Below, in pieces: positions 46,577 through 57,039 of a stretch of DNA of 64,000 bases. Source of the stretch: Candidatus Micrarchaeota archaeon (GTDB lineage: Archaea > Micrarchaeota > Micrarchaeia > Anstonellales > Bilamarchaeaceae); NCBI GenBank assembly GCA_022627495.1, contig JAKEGJ010000004.1, positions 622-64,621 of the forward strand, read 5' to 3'. The notes beneath the pieces were generated by a model. That model did not search any database, was not told the DNA's origin, and worked only from the letters and a program-made list of their open reading frames with translations. The stretch's first letter is position 1, and each line of letters begins with the position of its first letter. The position numbers were made by a program, and so were the translations under genes.

Positions 46577-47263
46577 ATGGCTGGGGAAGTCGTCATACTC
46601 TGCTGTGGATTCTTCGTGTTCGTGCTGGCACTGCTGGCGGCGTTCTATGTCTTCTCGATATACAACGGCCTGATATCGCTCCGGAACAACATCGAAAAAG
46701 CGTGGGCGAATATCGACGTATTGCTGAAGCAGAGGACGGATTTGATTCCGAACCTGGTCGAGACCGTCAAGGGATACATGAAATATGAGAAGGGGACGCT
46801 CGAGGAGATAACCCGCCTCAGGACAAGCATGATGAGCGCAACTACCCCTGGCGAGAAGGCGCTTGCGAGCGAAGGCATAAGCGCGGCGCTGAAGACAATA
46901 TTCGCTGTAGCCGAGAACTACCCGAAGCTTGAGGCCAGCCAGAACTTCCTCAAACTGCAGGAGCAGCTCTCGGCCATAGAGAACCAGATTGCTGACAGGC
47001 GCGAATTCTACAACGACTCAGTCATGCTGTTCAACACGAGGATACACTCTGTTCCGGATACGATTTTCGCCTCCATGATGGGCCTGAAAGACAAGGAATA
47101 CTTCAAGGTCGCCGAAGAGGACAAGAAGATTGTGCAGGTGAAGATGGACGAGGATACTCCGAAAGCCTCAGAGTTTGAGGCTAAGGCGCCAGAACCCGCT
47201 GCGAAGGCCGAGACCAAAGCGAAGCCGGAGCCGAAGGCGAAAAGCGGCGAAGCGAAGAAATGA
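46577..47263 (+). CDS. lemA: LemA family protein
   Basis: N-terminal TM, then NNIEKAWANIDVLLKQRTDLIPNLVETVKGYMKYEKGTLEEIT (PF04011), with a K/E/A-rich C-terminal tail. Confidence 0.75.
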   Translation: MAGEVVILCCGFFVFVLALLAAFYVFSIYNGLISLRNNIEKAWANIDVLLKQRTDLIPNLVETVKGYMKYEKGTLEEITRLRTSMMSATTPGEKALASEGISAALKTIFAVAENYPKLEASQNFLKLQEQLSAIENQIADRREFYNDSVMLFNTRIHSVPDTIFASMMGLKDKEYFKVAEEDKKIVQVKMDEDTPKASEFEAKAPEPAAKAETKAKPEPKAKSGEAKK

Positions 47264-47322
47264 GCCGCCTTCATGCGGATGCGGCTCGCCTGTCTTTTTA
47301 ATTCTCCTTCCGAAATATCATT

Positions 47323-49701
47323 ATGGGCGGTCCCGCGCAGCGATACTTTGAATCCCTTCCCCCGGCTCAGGCCGAAATCGTGAATGGAATCCTCGACCGG
47401 CTTCCGCAGGCGCAGAGGCCTGATGCCTTGCGCGTCTGCCGGGCCATCATCGAGCGATGCGGCGAAAACGCCCCGGAAGCATTGCGGCGGTTTGCTAACA
47501 TCGCATCAAGCGAGCATTTCGCGCCATCCATGCTGGGCACCGTGTCGCTTATTGCTACCCGCGCCGGGTCGAATGTCGTTTCCACCCTCAACGCATTCGA
47601 GCGGCTTCTTTCATCCGACAAATTCAATCGCCATGTCCATGAGGCCGCCCGTCTGTCCGTGATACGAGCAGGCGCGGATTCGAACGAGGCGCTCCACGCG
47701 CTCTATTTCCTGATTGACAATCCGTCATTTACCTCCCGCGATATCGATATCTCGCTTCCGGACCGCTTCAGTGGCTTCCTCGATTCCGCTATACTCGCAG
47801 GGGGAGACCAGCCTTACATGGCCATTCGCGTAATGGGCCGCCTTTTCTGCAACCGGAACTTCGTCCCTGCAGACCTCTCATTGCCTTTCGCAGAATCGTT
47901 CGCGAGGCAAATAGGAATCATCCGGGCGGATGCCGGAGCAAACCGGCTCGAAGCTCTAGAAGCGTTCTCCGCCCTCATTTGTAACGGCTCGATAAGACCG
48001 CGTGAAATCACCGAAGCGGCAGCGCATTCAGTCGCAGCCCTGACGAACCTGGTAATTGAACGTACTGCCTCGTCCGTCAATGATGGCTCTAATGTATCTG
48101 AAGGCCCGATGCGGAACTTCTGCCTGATACTCGGCAGCAGTGTGTTCTCCCTGCCTATGATATCTGAATATGGCCTGCTTTCTGCGTTCCTCCAATTTGA
48201 ACTATTGTCCATGCCATCCGCCCTTGACATGTTCCACGAATTCATGAGGGCTGCGCGCAGGGCTCCTGGCGTGCTTGAGTTGGCCACGCAAAGGGCAGAA
48301 AAATCCTCCGGCTCAGTTGTTCACCCCGGAATACTCCATCTGCTCACTTCGATAGCCTCCAATGCGTCCCTTTCGCCCATGTTCGAAGACACAGCAAACG
48401 CTGGCAGGTTTCTTTCCAAAGTCTTATCATTCAAAGTTCATCTATTCGGCGCCTTAAGTGATGAACACCCCTCCATTATCCATGAAATGCCAGTGGTCTT
48501 TGTCCTGTCAGAACTGGCGCGCATTGAAAGTATCACGCCAAGGGAATGGAATAGGGCGCTTTCCTTTGCGGATTCGCTCGGGGACAATGCGGACGTCGGA
48601 CTCTACCTGCTCCAGCGCTACATGTCGGGCTCCCCGGGAAGGGAGTTTCCGAATGAGTCTTCATTATCCGGCTTGTCCGCCCTGGTCAGGCAGATTTCGG
48701 CTTTTGGCCCTGTAGAAGGAAGCCCAGCTTCATCATCGGATGTTGATTCAATCGGCAGGCTTAGCGCAATTGCCGGAACGGTTCTGGCATCAGTGAATTT
48801 TGATATGGGCATGCTAGAGCAAAGCGGGCTGATTCCTAACATCCGCAGGTTCGGAGAATGGGCGCGGTCCTATATCCAGAGCGTTCCCCAGGGCGAGCGG
48901 CAGTGGGCTATCAACGACCTTTCCAGGACGTTCCGTTCGATGCTCGCCAGCAGTGATTTGTCCGCGATGCTCCTCAACAACCCGGAGCGTTTCCAGGACG
49001 GGCAGAGGCTTGCCCGGCAATTGATTGGCGGATACGTCCCTCCTGAAATCTGCTTCAATTTCGCTTATGCCATTTCGACAATCGGTGTGGAGCGGACGAC
49101 CGCCCTTTATCGCCGCTTCGGAATCCGGCATTTCGCAAGATACTCTCCCGAAATACTCGGGCGGCTTTACGAACGCGCATCCGGGCGCTCGGCAAGGCCT
49201 GCAGTGCTTGCCATATACCCTGAAAACGACTACAATGGGGCCTTCTATTTCGAAGGGAGACGGCTCGATAGTCTGCTTTCAGATTTTGACGTCGTCATCT
49301 ACGAGCGGGATACGGAAGCTGGCTTCTTCTCCGCCGCAACGGATTTCTCCCGCTCATTCGGAAGGACAAGCACACTAATTGTGGCGGGCCATGGATCGCC
49401 CAACGGGATTCGGTTCGGAAAAGAAACAGATGCTGGCATGCTTGATTTGACCGATGCGCGCGAAATCACGGCTTTGAGATCGGTCCTCCTGCCGCATCCG
49501 ACAATCGTGCTCCAGGCGTGCTCGACCGGCAAGGACAGGCGGTCCATAAGCGGCCTGCTTTCACGGACGCTCGGAGGCGTTCTCTATGCCCCGAGGACCC
49601 CTGGCAACACATCCCACTTCCACATCTCAAGAGGTCGCGTAAGTGCCACATACAATGTCGATGTCGGCATATTCATTTTCGGCAGGGAAGCCGGGGAATG
49701 A
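47323..49701 (+). CDS. CHAT-domain (caspase-fold His-Cys) protease with a long alpha-helical N-terminal domain
   Basis: The C-terminal 200 aa read TLIVAGHGSPNGIRFG...LDLTDAREI...PTIVLQACSTGKD, matching the CHAT catalytic His (in hhAGHG) and Cys (in hhLsACxsG). The N-terminal 580 aa are repetitive helical (HEAT/ARM-like). It lies 60 bp downstream of lemA. Confidence 0.55.
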   Translation: MGGPAQRYFESLPPAQAEIVNGILDRLPQAQRPDALRVCRAIIERCGENAPEALRRFANIASSEHFAPSMLGTVSLIATRAGSNVVSTLNAFERLLSSDKFNRHVHEAARLSVIRAGADSNEALHALYFLIDNPSFTSRDIDISLPDRFSGFLDSAILAGGDQPYMAIRVMGRLFCNRNFVPADLSLPFAESFARQIGIIRADAGANRLEALEAFSALICNGSIRPREITEAAAHSVAALTNLVIERTASSVNDGSNVSEGPMRNFCLILGSSVFSLPMISEYGLLSAFLQFELLSMPSALDMFHEFMRAARRAPGVLELATQRAEKSSGSVVHPGILHLLTSIASNASLSPMFEDTANAGRFLSKVLSFKVHLFGALSDEHPSIIHEMPVVFVLSELARIESITPREWNRALSFADSLGDNADVGLYLLQRYMSGSPGREFPNESSLSGLSALVRQISAFGPVEGSPASSSDVDSIGRLSAIAGTVLASVNFDMGMLEQSGLIPNIRRFGEWARSYIQSVPQGERQWAINDLSRTFRSMLASSDLSAMLLNNPERFQDGQRLARQLIGGYVPPEICFNFAYAISTIGVERTTALYRRFGIRHFARYSPEILGRLYERASGRSARPAVLAIYPENDYNGAFYFEGRRLDSLLSDFDVVIYERDTEAGFFSAATDFSRSFGRTSTLIVAGHGSPNGIRFGKETDAGMLDLTDAREITALRSVLLPHPTIVLQACSTGKDRRSISGLLSRTLGGVLYAPRTPGNTSHFHISRGRVSATYNVDVGIFIFGREAGE

Positions 49702-49822
49702 TGCCGCATTCATGTCAGGATGCGTTTTAAATTGGAAATTGTTCCATTTGGAACATTTCTACTCTTTATTGTTACATTTTTTACATAATATTTAAATACG
49801 ATTTTTGTACATAAATATCACA

Positions 49823-50638
49823 ATGATTCAATTGTCTTCAGCTAAATTGCTGTCGGCGTCCCCTCCTAGTGCGGACGCCAATACCCGGGGCTGGGAAAGC
49901 GTCGCCCGCAAATGGACCAACGTCCAGTGGCCGCGCCGCCCGAAATGGGCGCGCGAGTTCGCGAGGGCCAAGCCGCTTTTCTCGAAAATGGAGGGCGAAG
50001 AGGCCCTGATACTAGGGGCCACGCCTGAGTTCCGCGCCTGGCTTCACAAATCCGGGGCGAAAGTGAGCGTCTATGAGAAATCTGAGGTTTCTTTTTCAGC
50101 AATGACCGACATCATGACCCGGCAGCTTAAGGTTAAGCCGCCGGAAAGCGAAATCGTCATCAAGAGGGACTGGGAAAGCGACGGCTGTGAGAAAGGGAAA
50201 TATCGCATTATTATGGGAGATATAGTTTCGGGCTACATGGAGACGCCCGAGCGCTACATGGCATTTTTGCTGAAAGTGCGCTCAATGCTTGCGGAAAACG
50301 GCGTTTTCCTTTTGAGAGAATTCCCATTCGAGCCTTTTTCAGGCGACCCCACCAGGATAAAGAATGTTGACCACCGCCGCTGGGCGTACATCCTGAAACC
50401 TGGTTTCGCGGTCGAAGGGCACACGTTCTACGAGGCGAAGCTGGCGCACAACCTTGCGAAACTGGGCGATTTGCAGGCCTTCGCGACCTGCGCGAATCCG
50501 CCAAGAACGCGCCTCATGCTCACCTACAACGAATACGAAAAAATGTTCTTCGAGGCAGGATATGATTCGCAGGTGCTCTCGGCGCCCGGGGTTTCCCCTC
50601 CGGGCCCGAGCCCTGCGCTCTGGGCATTGTGGAAATAA
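49823..50638 (+). CDS. Hypothetical protein, possibly a SAM-dependent methyltransferase-like fold
   Basis: ALILGATPEF resembles a degenerate motif I and RIIMGDIVSG resembles motif II. The ATG start is about 30 nt after an AT-rich TATA region. Evidence is weak. Confidence 0.3.
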   Translation: MIQLSSAKLLSASPPSADANTRGWESVARKWTNVQWPRRPKWAREFARAKPLFSKMEGEEALILGATPEFRAWLHKSGAKVSVYEKSEVSFSAMTDIMTRQLKVKPPESEIVIKRDWESDGCEKGKYRIIMGDIVSGYMETPERYMAFLLKVRSMLAENGVFLLREFPFEPFSGDPTRIKNVDHRRWAYILKPGFAVEGHTFYEAKLAHNLAKLGDLQAFATCANPPRTRLMLTYNEYEKMFFEAGYDSQVLSAPGVSPPGPSPALWALWK

Positions 50639-50640
50639 GC

Positions 50641-51192
50641 CTATTGCTCGCGGTGCCAGGTCCTTCCTGCTGCTCGGTTTCTCCGTTCTGAGCCCATCGG
50701 GAACAGCTCCTTTATGGGAAACGGGGTTATTTCGGGCGTGACAGCCCACTTCAGGCGCCATTTGTTGTCTTTTTCACCTTTCTCGTCTTTCGAGAGGCAT
50801 ACTGCGCCTCCCATATGGAACTGGATGGTTTCCTGTTCTGGGTTTCCGGTTATGAGCAACGATGCGAGCTTGCTCAGATGCGGCATATGCCCTACTAGCG
50901 CCACCGGCTCGCGTGCGCTTTCCAGGAATGTCTTAGCAACAAGCGGGTTGTCGTTCGGCTTCAGGCCGAGCATCTCCCGCACTTCCGAGGGCCCGAAGTG
51001 CTTTGCGAATATCTCCGCGGTCTGCTGCGCCCTAAGTTTGCCCGAGTGCATGATGTGCTTTGCCCGGATTCCGACCTTTCCAAGGGCTTCGGCCACCCTT
51101 TCCGCCTCTTCTTTGCCCTTGTCGGAGAGCGGCCGCTCCGGGTCTTCCTCCTCTGGTTTAGCGTCTGCGTGTTGAATCAGGTAAAACTCCAT
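50641..51192 (-). CDS. sixA: Histidine phosphatase family protein (SixA-like phosphohistidine phosphatase)
   Basis: The RHG-type N-terminus is MEFYLIQHADAKPEEED...PLSDKGKEEAERVAEAL, with the catalytic-His region VALVGHMPHLS. Confidence 0.6.
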   Translation of the reverse strand: MEFYLIQHADAKPEEEDPERPLSDKGKEEAERVAEALGKVGIRAKHIMHSGKLRAQQTAEIFAKHFGPSEVREMLGLKPNDNPLVAKTFLESAREPVALVGHMPHLSKLASLLITGNPEQETIQFHMGGAVCLSKDEKGEKDNKWRLKWAVTPEITPFPIKELFPMGSERRNRAAGRTWHREQ

Positions 51193-51286
51193 ATGAGACC
51201 AATAGACGGCAAGATTAATCTGGCTTGCGCTGTGCCTGATATGAAAAAACCCAAATGCCGCGGCATTTCCGCGGCATCGGGCGCCT

Positions 51287-51541
51287 TCAGTAGAACGCTA
51301 TCTTCAGGCGGTTCAGCAGGATTACCAGCACCAGGCCGAGCAGTCCGCCGATAACCACTATCAATACGGTTATCAGGTTTATCGGTATGCCCAGCTTGAG
51401 AATCATGTTCAGCAGGAACAGCAGGAGTATAGCTATGATTGCGTTGATTAGCAGCGCCATCGGATTTCCGACGACCATGTACAGCAAGACCAGCAGAATC
51501 AACGCCAGCAATACTGTTCCCAGTTCAATAGTTTTAGCCAT
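51287..51541 (-). CDS. Small hydrophobic membrane protein (hypothetical)
   Basis: About 84 aa with 3 TM and lower GC. Trimmed to the ATG (MAKTIELG). Confidence 0.35.
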   Translation of the reverse strand: MAKTIELGTVLLALILLVLLYMVVGNPMALLINAIIAILLLFLLNMILKLGIPINLITVLIVVIGGLLGLVLVILLNRLKIAFY

Positions 51542-51689
51542 GGGCAAAACCCCCGGGCAAACTATAAAAGGCTGCCTTAAACCTGGCTAACGCTGATCCG
51601 TTTCAAGAAGAAGGAAAAGATATGCGCCAGAATGTGAGGATAGTGACGGCAAGAATAAGAGATAAACCTCTGGAATGTCATATGTTCCC

Positions 51690-54600
51690 CCCATGATTTT
51701 TAAGGTCATGAGGATTAGACCGTTAGTAACCGCAGGCTGAACAGCTCGGTTTCCCTAGCTGCGTACACCTCGGTCCTATCAAGCGGATCTGCTATCCGCG
51801 GTATATGCCCCCTCGTTTTAAGAGCTACTTCGACCTTAGATGCTTTCAGGTCTTATTAGCCTGGCGCGTGGCTGCCCGGCGGTGCAATTCACAACCGGTC
51901 CACTAGAGGCGCCGAATCCCCGTTCCTCTCGTACTCAAGGATCCTTGCTCTCAAGGGGCAACACTCCCAGGAGATACTACCGTACTGTCTCGCGACGTAC
52001 TGAACCCAGCTCATGTGGGATTTTAATGGATGAACAACCCAACCCTTGGCCGCTCCTACACGGCCAGGATATCCCAAGCCGACAGCGATGTACCAAACCG
52101 CGGGGTCGATATGTACGCGAGTAGTTCGCGTTATTTGTGAAACGACAGAACTACATCGCAGTGTACTCTCACCCGCGACGAGCCTGTTACCTCCAGGGTA
52201 GCTTGTCTGACAGCTTGAATCCTCATCAAAGGGATTTCAAGGTTCGTTATACCCGACTTTCGTCTCTGCATTCTACGCTTTTAAGAATACAGTCAGCCCA
52301 GCATTTGTTATTAACCCTCTACTTCCGATTTCTGACCGGAATGAGCTGAGCATTGGGCGCCCTTGTTTCCTTATCGAGGGCGTACCGCCCCAGCCAAACT
52401 ATCCACCTGACGCTGTTCTCTTGCGAGTAAGCAATACAAAATCTACATAGTGGTGTAACACTTTCGCCTATACGTACCCCGGGAGGCACGTCATAACGGC
52501 TCCCACTTACGCTTGGAAGCAAACTTCGTATCACAACATCAGGCTATAGTAAAGCTCCATGGAGTCTTCGTTTCCCTCTGGGAGATGCCGGCGTCTTCAC
52601 CGGCAGGTGATTTCACTAGGTCCTAAGTAGGGACAGTGGAAGTGTCGTTACGTCATTCATGCAAGCCGCCAATTAAGCGGCGAGGTATTACGCTACCTTA
52701 AGAGGGTCAGAGTTACCCCCGCTCTTTACCAGCCCTTCCCCCGGTTGAACCCGGTTTTCAGGTACTAGCAGTGAGCAGACGTCAACCAGCATACTCACCG
52801 TTTCCGGTCTGCGCTGATCTGTGTTTTTGGTAAACAGTCGCACTTCCCTTGTTACTGAGACCACAGCATTACTCATGCTATGGCACCCCTTCTTCCTAAG
52901 TTACAGGGCTAACTTGCCGAGTTCCCTTACCTAGGTTGTCCTACCACACCTTAGCCTTTTCAGCTATGGCACCTGTACTAGTTCTGGGTACGATTATAGA
53001 GGGTCGTTCCACTCTCCTTTTCATGGGCCCCTGGACTCAATCGAGTTGCCCCTACGGGTTTTATCCGCTTCTCCTCACAATGAGACTCCGCAGATTTACT
53101 CCCTTCAGACGTCCGCAGACGTTCGACTTATCCAAACGCGTCAGAGAAATGGCTCGCCTTTCGGCAGCCTACCTCTATAGGACCGGAATATTAACCGGTT
53201 TCCCTAATTTCGGATTTCAGGATTTACCATCATCCTTAGGATCGCCTAACCCTCAGCTGAAGAACGTGGCTGAGGAATCCTTGCCATTTAAGGTGTCCGG
53301 AATTCTCGTCCGGATACGCTGCTACTTACATCAGGATATTCATAACAGGCCGCTCCATAAGACGTCACCGCCTTACTTCCAGGCAACCCGTTCGCCCCCT
53401 TACTCACGTGCTTTTGGCACTGGTGAGGTATCGGAAGCTGGCTTAGCCCCGTGAATTTTAAGAGTCTGCACTCATAGACCGGTCCGCTATTACGCGTTGT
53501 TTGAAGGATGGCTGCTTCTAAGCCTACCTCCCGGTTGTTTTCGAATAGAGACTCCTTTCAGATTAACACTTAGCCAGCATTTAGGGCCCTTAACCTCACG
53601 TACGGTCGTTCCCGTAAGGGACGTCAGACTTACTCCGGCGCCCCGACTGCCTCCTTCTACACGGACGTAGCATTCGGAGTTTGAGAGGATGGCGACACCT
53701 TTCGATGCCAATCCACCCAATCGGTGCTCTACCGCTACGTCTCGCTCCAGAGACGCTGTCCTGAGGGACATTTCAGAGGGAACCCGCTATCGCCGAGTTC
53801 GACAGGACTATCACCCCTACACCCAGGTCACCTAAGGGGAATATACCACCAATAGTTGCGGGCCTCCATCATTCGTCAGAATGACTTCACCCTGCCCAGG
53901 CGTAGATCACTTCGGCTTCGGGTCTACCCAGAGTGACTGATCGCGAATTACCACGACATCCCTCGCACCTTGCGGTGTTGCGGATTCTCGCTTTCGCTTC
54001 GACTCTCGTCTCGCCACGCCAAATAACTCCCTGACTCTTGCTTCGAGAAGAAAGACTAGACACTGCTAATACATGTCGGTTCCCAAGTTGCCCAGGGAAC
54101 CTTCCACATACTTAAGCTTCCATGCCATAGTCATTCTGTAACCACATAGTTTCAGGTTCTTTTCACACTGCTCCCGCAGTGCTTTTCAGCATTCGCTCGC
54201 GCTACTGATTCGCTATCGGTCTTGCGCCTCATATTTAGATTTGGAGGTTGATACCCCCATGTTCATGTCCGCTATCCGGCGGGCACTACTCTTCACGGAT
54301 CGTTCCTTTTTCCTTTGCCTACGAGACTGTTACTCGCTATGGTACCGCATTCCATCGGACTTCGGCTCGGTTAAAGGATACTCCCCACCACATCTGCCGC
54401 CCTGTTACCAGGACGGAATTCGGTTTGATCTGACCGGCTTTCTCTCGCTGATACTAACCGGATCTCGTTGATTTCTTTTCCACCCTCTACTAAGATGCTT
54501 CATTTCGAGGGGTTGCTGCGCATTACTGCGCACACTCAAACCTCCGGATCAAAGACTGCGTGCGTCTACCCGGAGCGTTTCGCCGCTTGCCGCGTGAGTT

Positions 54601-54690
54601 TGCGGGCACAAGCCAAGCCATCCACTAAGTGGCGTGTAGCAACATATGACTTTATTGAAATCATGCTTAGTCGGCCTTCCCTTGCGGAAA
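51690..54690 (-). rRNA. rrl: 23S ribosomal RNA (large-subunit rRNA), unlinked from 16S
   Basis: The reverse complement near 54690 reads CGACUAAGCAUG...GCCACUUAGUGGAUGGCUUGGC, a 23S 5' end. The reverse complement near 51830 carries the 3' domain CUGAAAGCAUCUAAGGUCGAAG. The GGGAACCCAGCUCAC-like sarcin/ricin-region sequence is present at about 52000. Flanks at 51640..51680 and 54715..54745 are mutually complementary (GUGACGGCAAGA vs UCUUGCCGUCAC), giving a processing stem. Length is about 3.0 kb and no intron is evident. Confidence 0.85.
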
Positions 54691-55191
54691 GGCGTATAAA
54701 CAACGATCTCTCAGAGATTTTATCTCCTTTCTTGCCGTCACTTCACACTCATTTGTTTTTTCCCGTTTGCCAGGCCCTTGCGGGCTCGGCGCGTGAAAAG
54801 AACTGCGATAGACGTGGTCCGGGCCTTCCCAAGAGTTAGGGATGGTATATGCTAGGCATTTCTGCTTGCATATTACGGGCGCATGTCAGTCAATTTCCCC
54901 GCAGTTGCGGGGAGACGCATGCCATATTTTTTAACACGCTCGACCGCCTTTCGGCGATCTCGCACGTTGTCGTTTTGGAGCCCACAAGGAGCTACCTGAC
55001 AAATAGGCTTCTATATTGGAGATAGCAACTGTTTATAAAGCTATTCCCGTTCCGACGTAGGACTACCGTACGCTTCATCAATTGGGATACGATTGAACAC
55101 CTTTTCAATAAATGAGTCGCTCATCTTCACAAATCTCGTCTTTAAAAATGTTTTATACTTCTCTATTCGGAATGAAGTTCTAAATACGCTA

Positions 55192-56290
55192 ATAGCTTAG
55201 GACAAAATTAAATATACTTTTAAGAATCCATCGCCTCAAATAGAATTGAGGTGAACACATGGGTTGGAACCTGCCAAAAGGAGAAGACTTTCTCCCAACT
55301 ATCTCTTTGAGGGCGTTGAGAAGCTTGTATGACGAGGAAAAGTCATACAAGGCGAAAAGCCGCCTACTTGTCGCTCTCAAAAGAAAAGAGGGGGAATCCA
55401 TGGATTCCATTGCAAGTCAGCTTGAAATGAAGCGGATAACCGTGAATATTACCCTCCATCGTTTTCAGGAAAGGGGCATTCCTGCAAAAGACGATGAGAA
55501 ACGAAGCGGCAGACCAAAAGAATTGACCGGAGATCAGCTCAAAATCCTAAGAAAAGAATTGCTGAAGGGACCAAGAAAGAGGCAGAATCCCCTTTGGACA
55601 ACAAAGATGGTCATGAACCATGTGGAAAAGAGATACGGCAAGAAATATACGGCCAGGCACATGCGCAGGCTTCTTCACCTGCTTGGATTTTCTGTCCAGA
55701 AGCCAAGGCCCAGACATTACAAGACGGACATTGCCAAGCAGGAGCATTTTAAAAAAACGTCAGGAAAACCCTCGGGAAATATCGAAAACGGGGCTTCTCA
55801 ATATTTTGTCTGGACGAGAGCCTCATCACCATAAGGCCATTCCTGGCACGCGGCTGGGCTTTGAGAGGAAGCAAGCCGGTTGCGATAATCAGGCATACTC
55901 GTGACTACTTTTACGTGATGCTGGCAAGATCAAGAAGGAAAATTTATGCAGCGTTCTACAACACCGTGAATCAGAACAAAATAATCCGCTTTCTCAAAGG
56001 CTTGCTGAAGCATCACCCAAGACTGGCGGTGCTTTTGGATAGTGGACCTGGGCACAAAGGCCCGCTCCTCAGGGCATTCTTGAGAAGGAATGGAAAATGC
56101 CTCAGGCTCATCTATTCCCCAACGCACAGCCCAGAGTTGAATCCCGTTGAGCAGTGCAACAAGGAAATCAAGAAGCCATTACACAACAGGTATTTCAGAA
56201 CCGTGCCTGCCATGCGACAGGCAGTTCATACGTTCATAAAGCGTGACCTTCTGATGCCCAAAATGTTTACATACTTATGTCCCTAGCTAT
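55192..56290 (+). mobile_element. IS630-family insertion sequence (about 1.1 kb) flanked by a TA target-site duplication
   Basis: The terminal inverted repeats are ATAGCTTAGGACA at the left end (55192) and TGTCCCTAGCTAT at the right end (56290). Each is flanked by TA (55190-91 and 56291-92). Size and TA duplication are typical of IS630/Tc1-mariner elements. Confidence 0.7.
55259..56286 (+). CDS. IS630-family transposase (HTH plus DDE_3), two frames joined by a -1 frameshift at an A7 run
   Basis: Frame 1 (55259..55834) carries HTH-like regions. Frame -1 (open through to 56286) carries the DDE domain with LDESLITIRP and the hallmark SPELNPVEQCNKEIKK. The two frames overlap at CATTTTAAAAAAACG (about 55745..55760), a classic slippery heptamer; a pseudogene cannot be excluded. 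Confidence 0.7.
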
Positions 56291-56773
56291 TACTCCGAGG
56301 CATTGCTTACAAACAGTCAGGTTCAATCTTTCATATTTCGTAAAAGTGGCGTGATTGTCTATGAACGTGTACCTGATTGTGTCTGTTAAAACCCGATCCG
56401 GCCATTTAGAGGTAGTGAATGTGACCGTCGTATAATCCCTCTTGGGGACATAAACAACATCATCGTAATCGAAAGGGTAATCCCCGCCATAGTTCTTTAC
56501 GATGTACTTGAAATAAACCCTGACGGTAAGCGGGTAGTTATAATTATTGAAAACTTTGTAGCTTATAGTCAAGGCTCCCTTATCGACATTGAAATCCCTA
56601 ATGTCAATTTGACTTGTAATGAATTTTCCTGTTTCGTTTGAATATACGTTTTGAACCTCATCATCAGACAAGATTTGTTCCGTATACTGGCATGTTAGGT
56701 TTTCCGCATAAACCGTTGTGAAAATCAGTGCAAAAAGGAGAAAATGAAACTTTATTGTTTTCAACTTCGCCAT
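56267..56773 (-). CDS. Hypothetical secreted protein (low-GC, probably foreign)
   Basis: Signal peptide MAKLKTIKFHFLLFALIFTTVYA, N/Y/T-rich, about 35% GC. Its last 8 codons and stop lie inside the IS630 right end. Confidence 0.4.
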   Translation of the reverse strand: MAKLKTIKFHFLLFALIFTTVYAENLTCQYTEQILSDDEVQNVYSNETGKFITSQIDIRDFNVDKGALTISYKVFNNYNYPLTVRVYFKYIVKNYGGDYPFDYDDVVYVPKRDYTTVTFTTSKWPDRVLTDTIRYTFIDNHATFTKYERLNLTVCKQCLGVIARDISM

Positions 56774-57039
56774 TGAATCGTAAATGCATGGGCGGTTAAT
56801 CATATAAATATGGCGTGCCCCTCGGATAACCTCGGATTATCATTTCCATCCAAGACTAGTCCCGGCCATCACTTCCTCTCAAGGATGAAAAAGTAATGGG
56901 ACTCATCCCCGACAAGCATTTCTCCCTAATTTTCCTGAATTTTTTCTCCATCAACGCCCTGACCATTTTCAATGAAAAAACGCCCCGTCCAATCCCCCAG
57001 AAATGTTAGCCCCAAAGGATGGTCTATTCTGATGCTAGA

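Noticed and set aside
51545-51720. A 5S rRNA gene downstream of the 23S 3' end.
   Set aside because: No roughly 120-nt element with 5S helix I/loop A-like sequence is visible. The region is only the processing-stem flank plus spacer.
54468-54839. 123-aa ORF on the plus strand overlapping the 23S 5' end and processing stem.
   Set aside because: It lies within rRNA and leader sequence and is a non-coding artefact.
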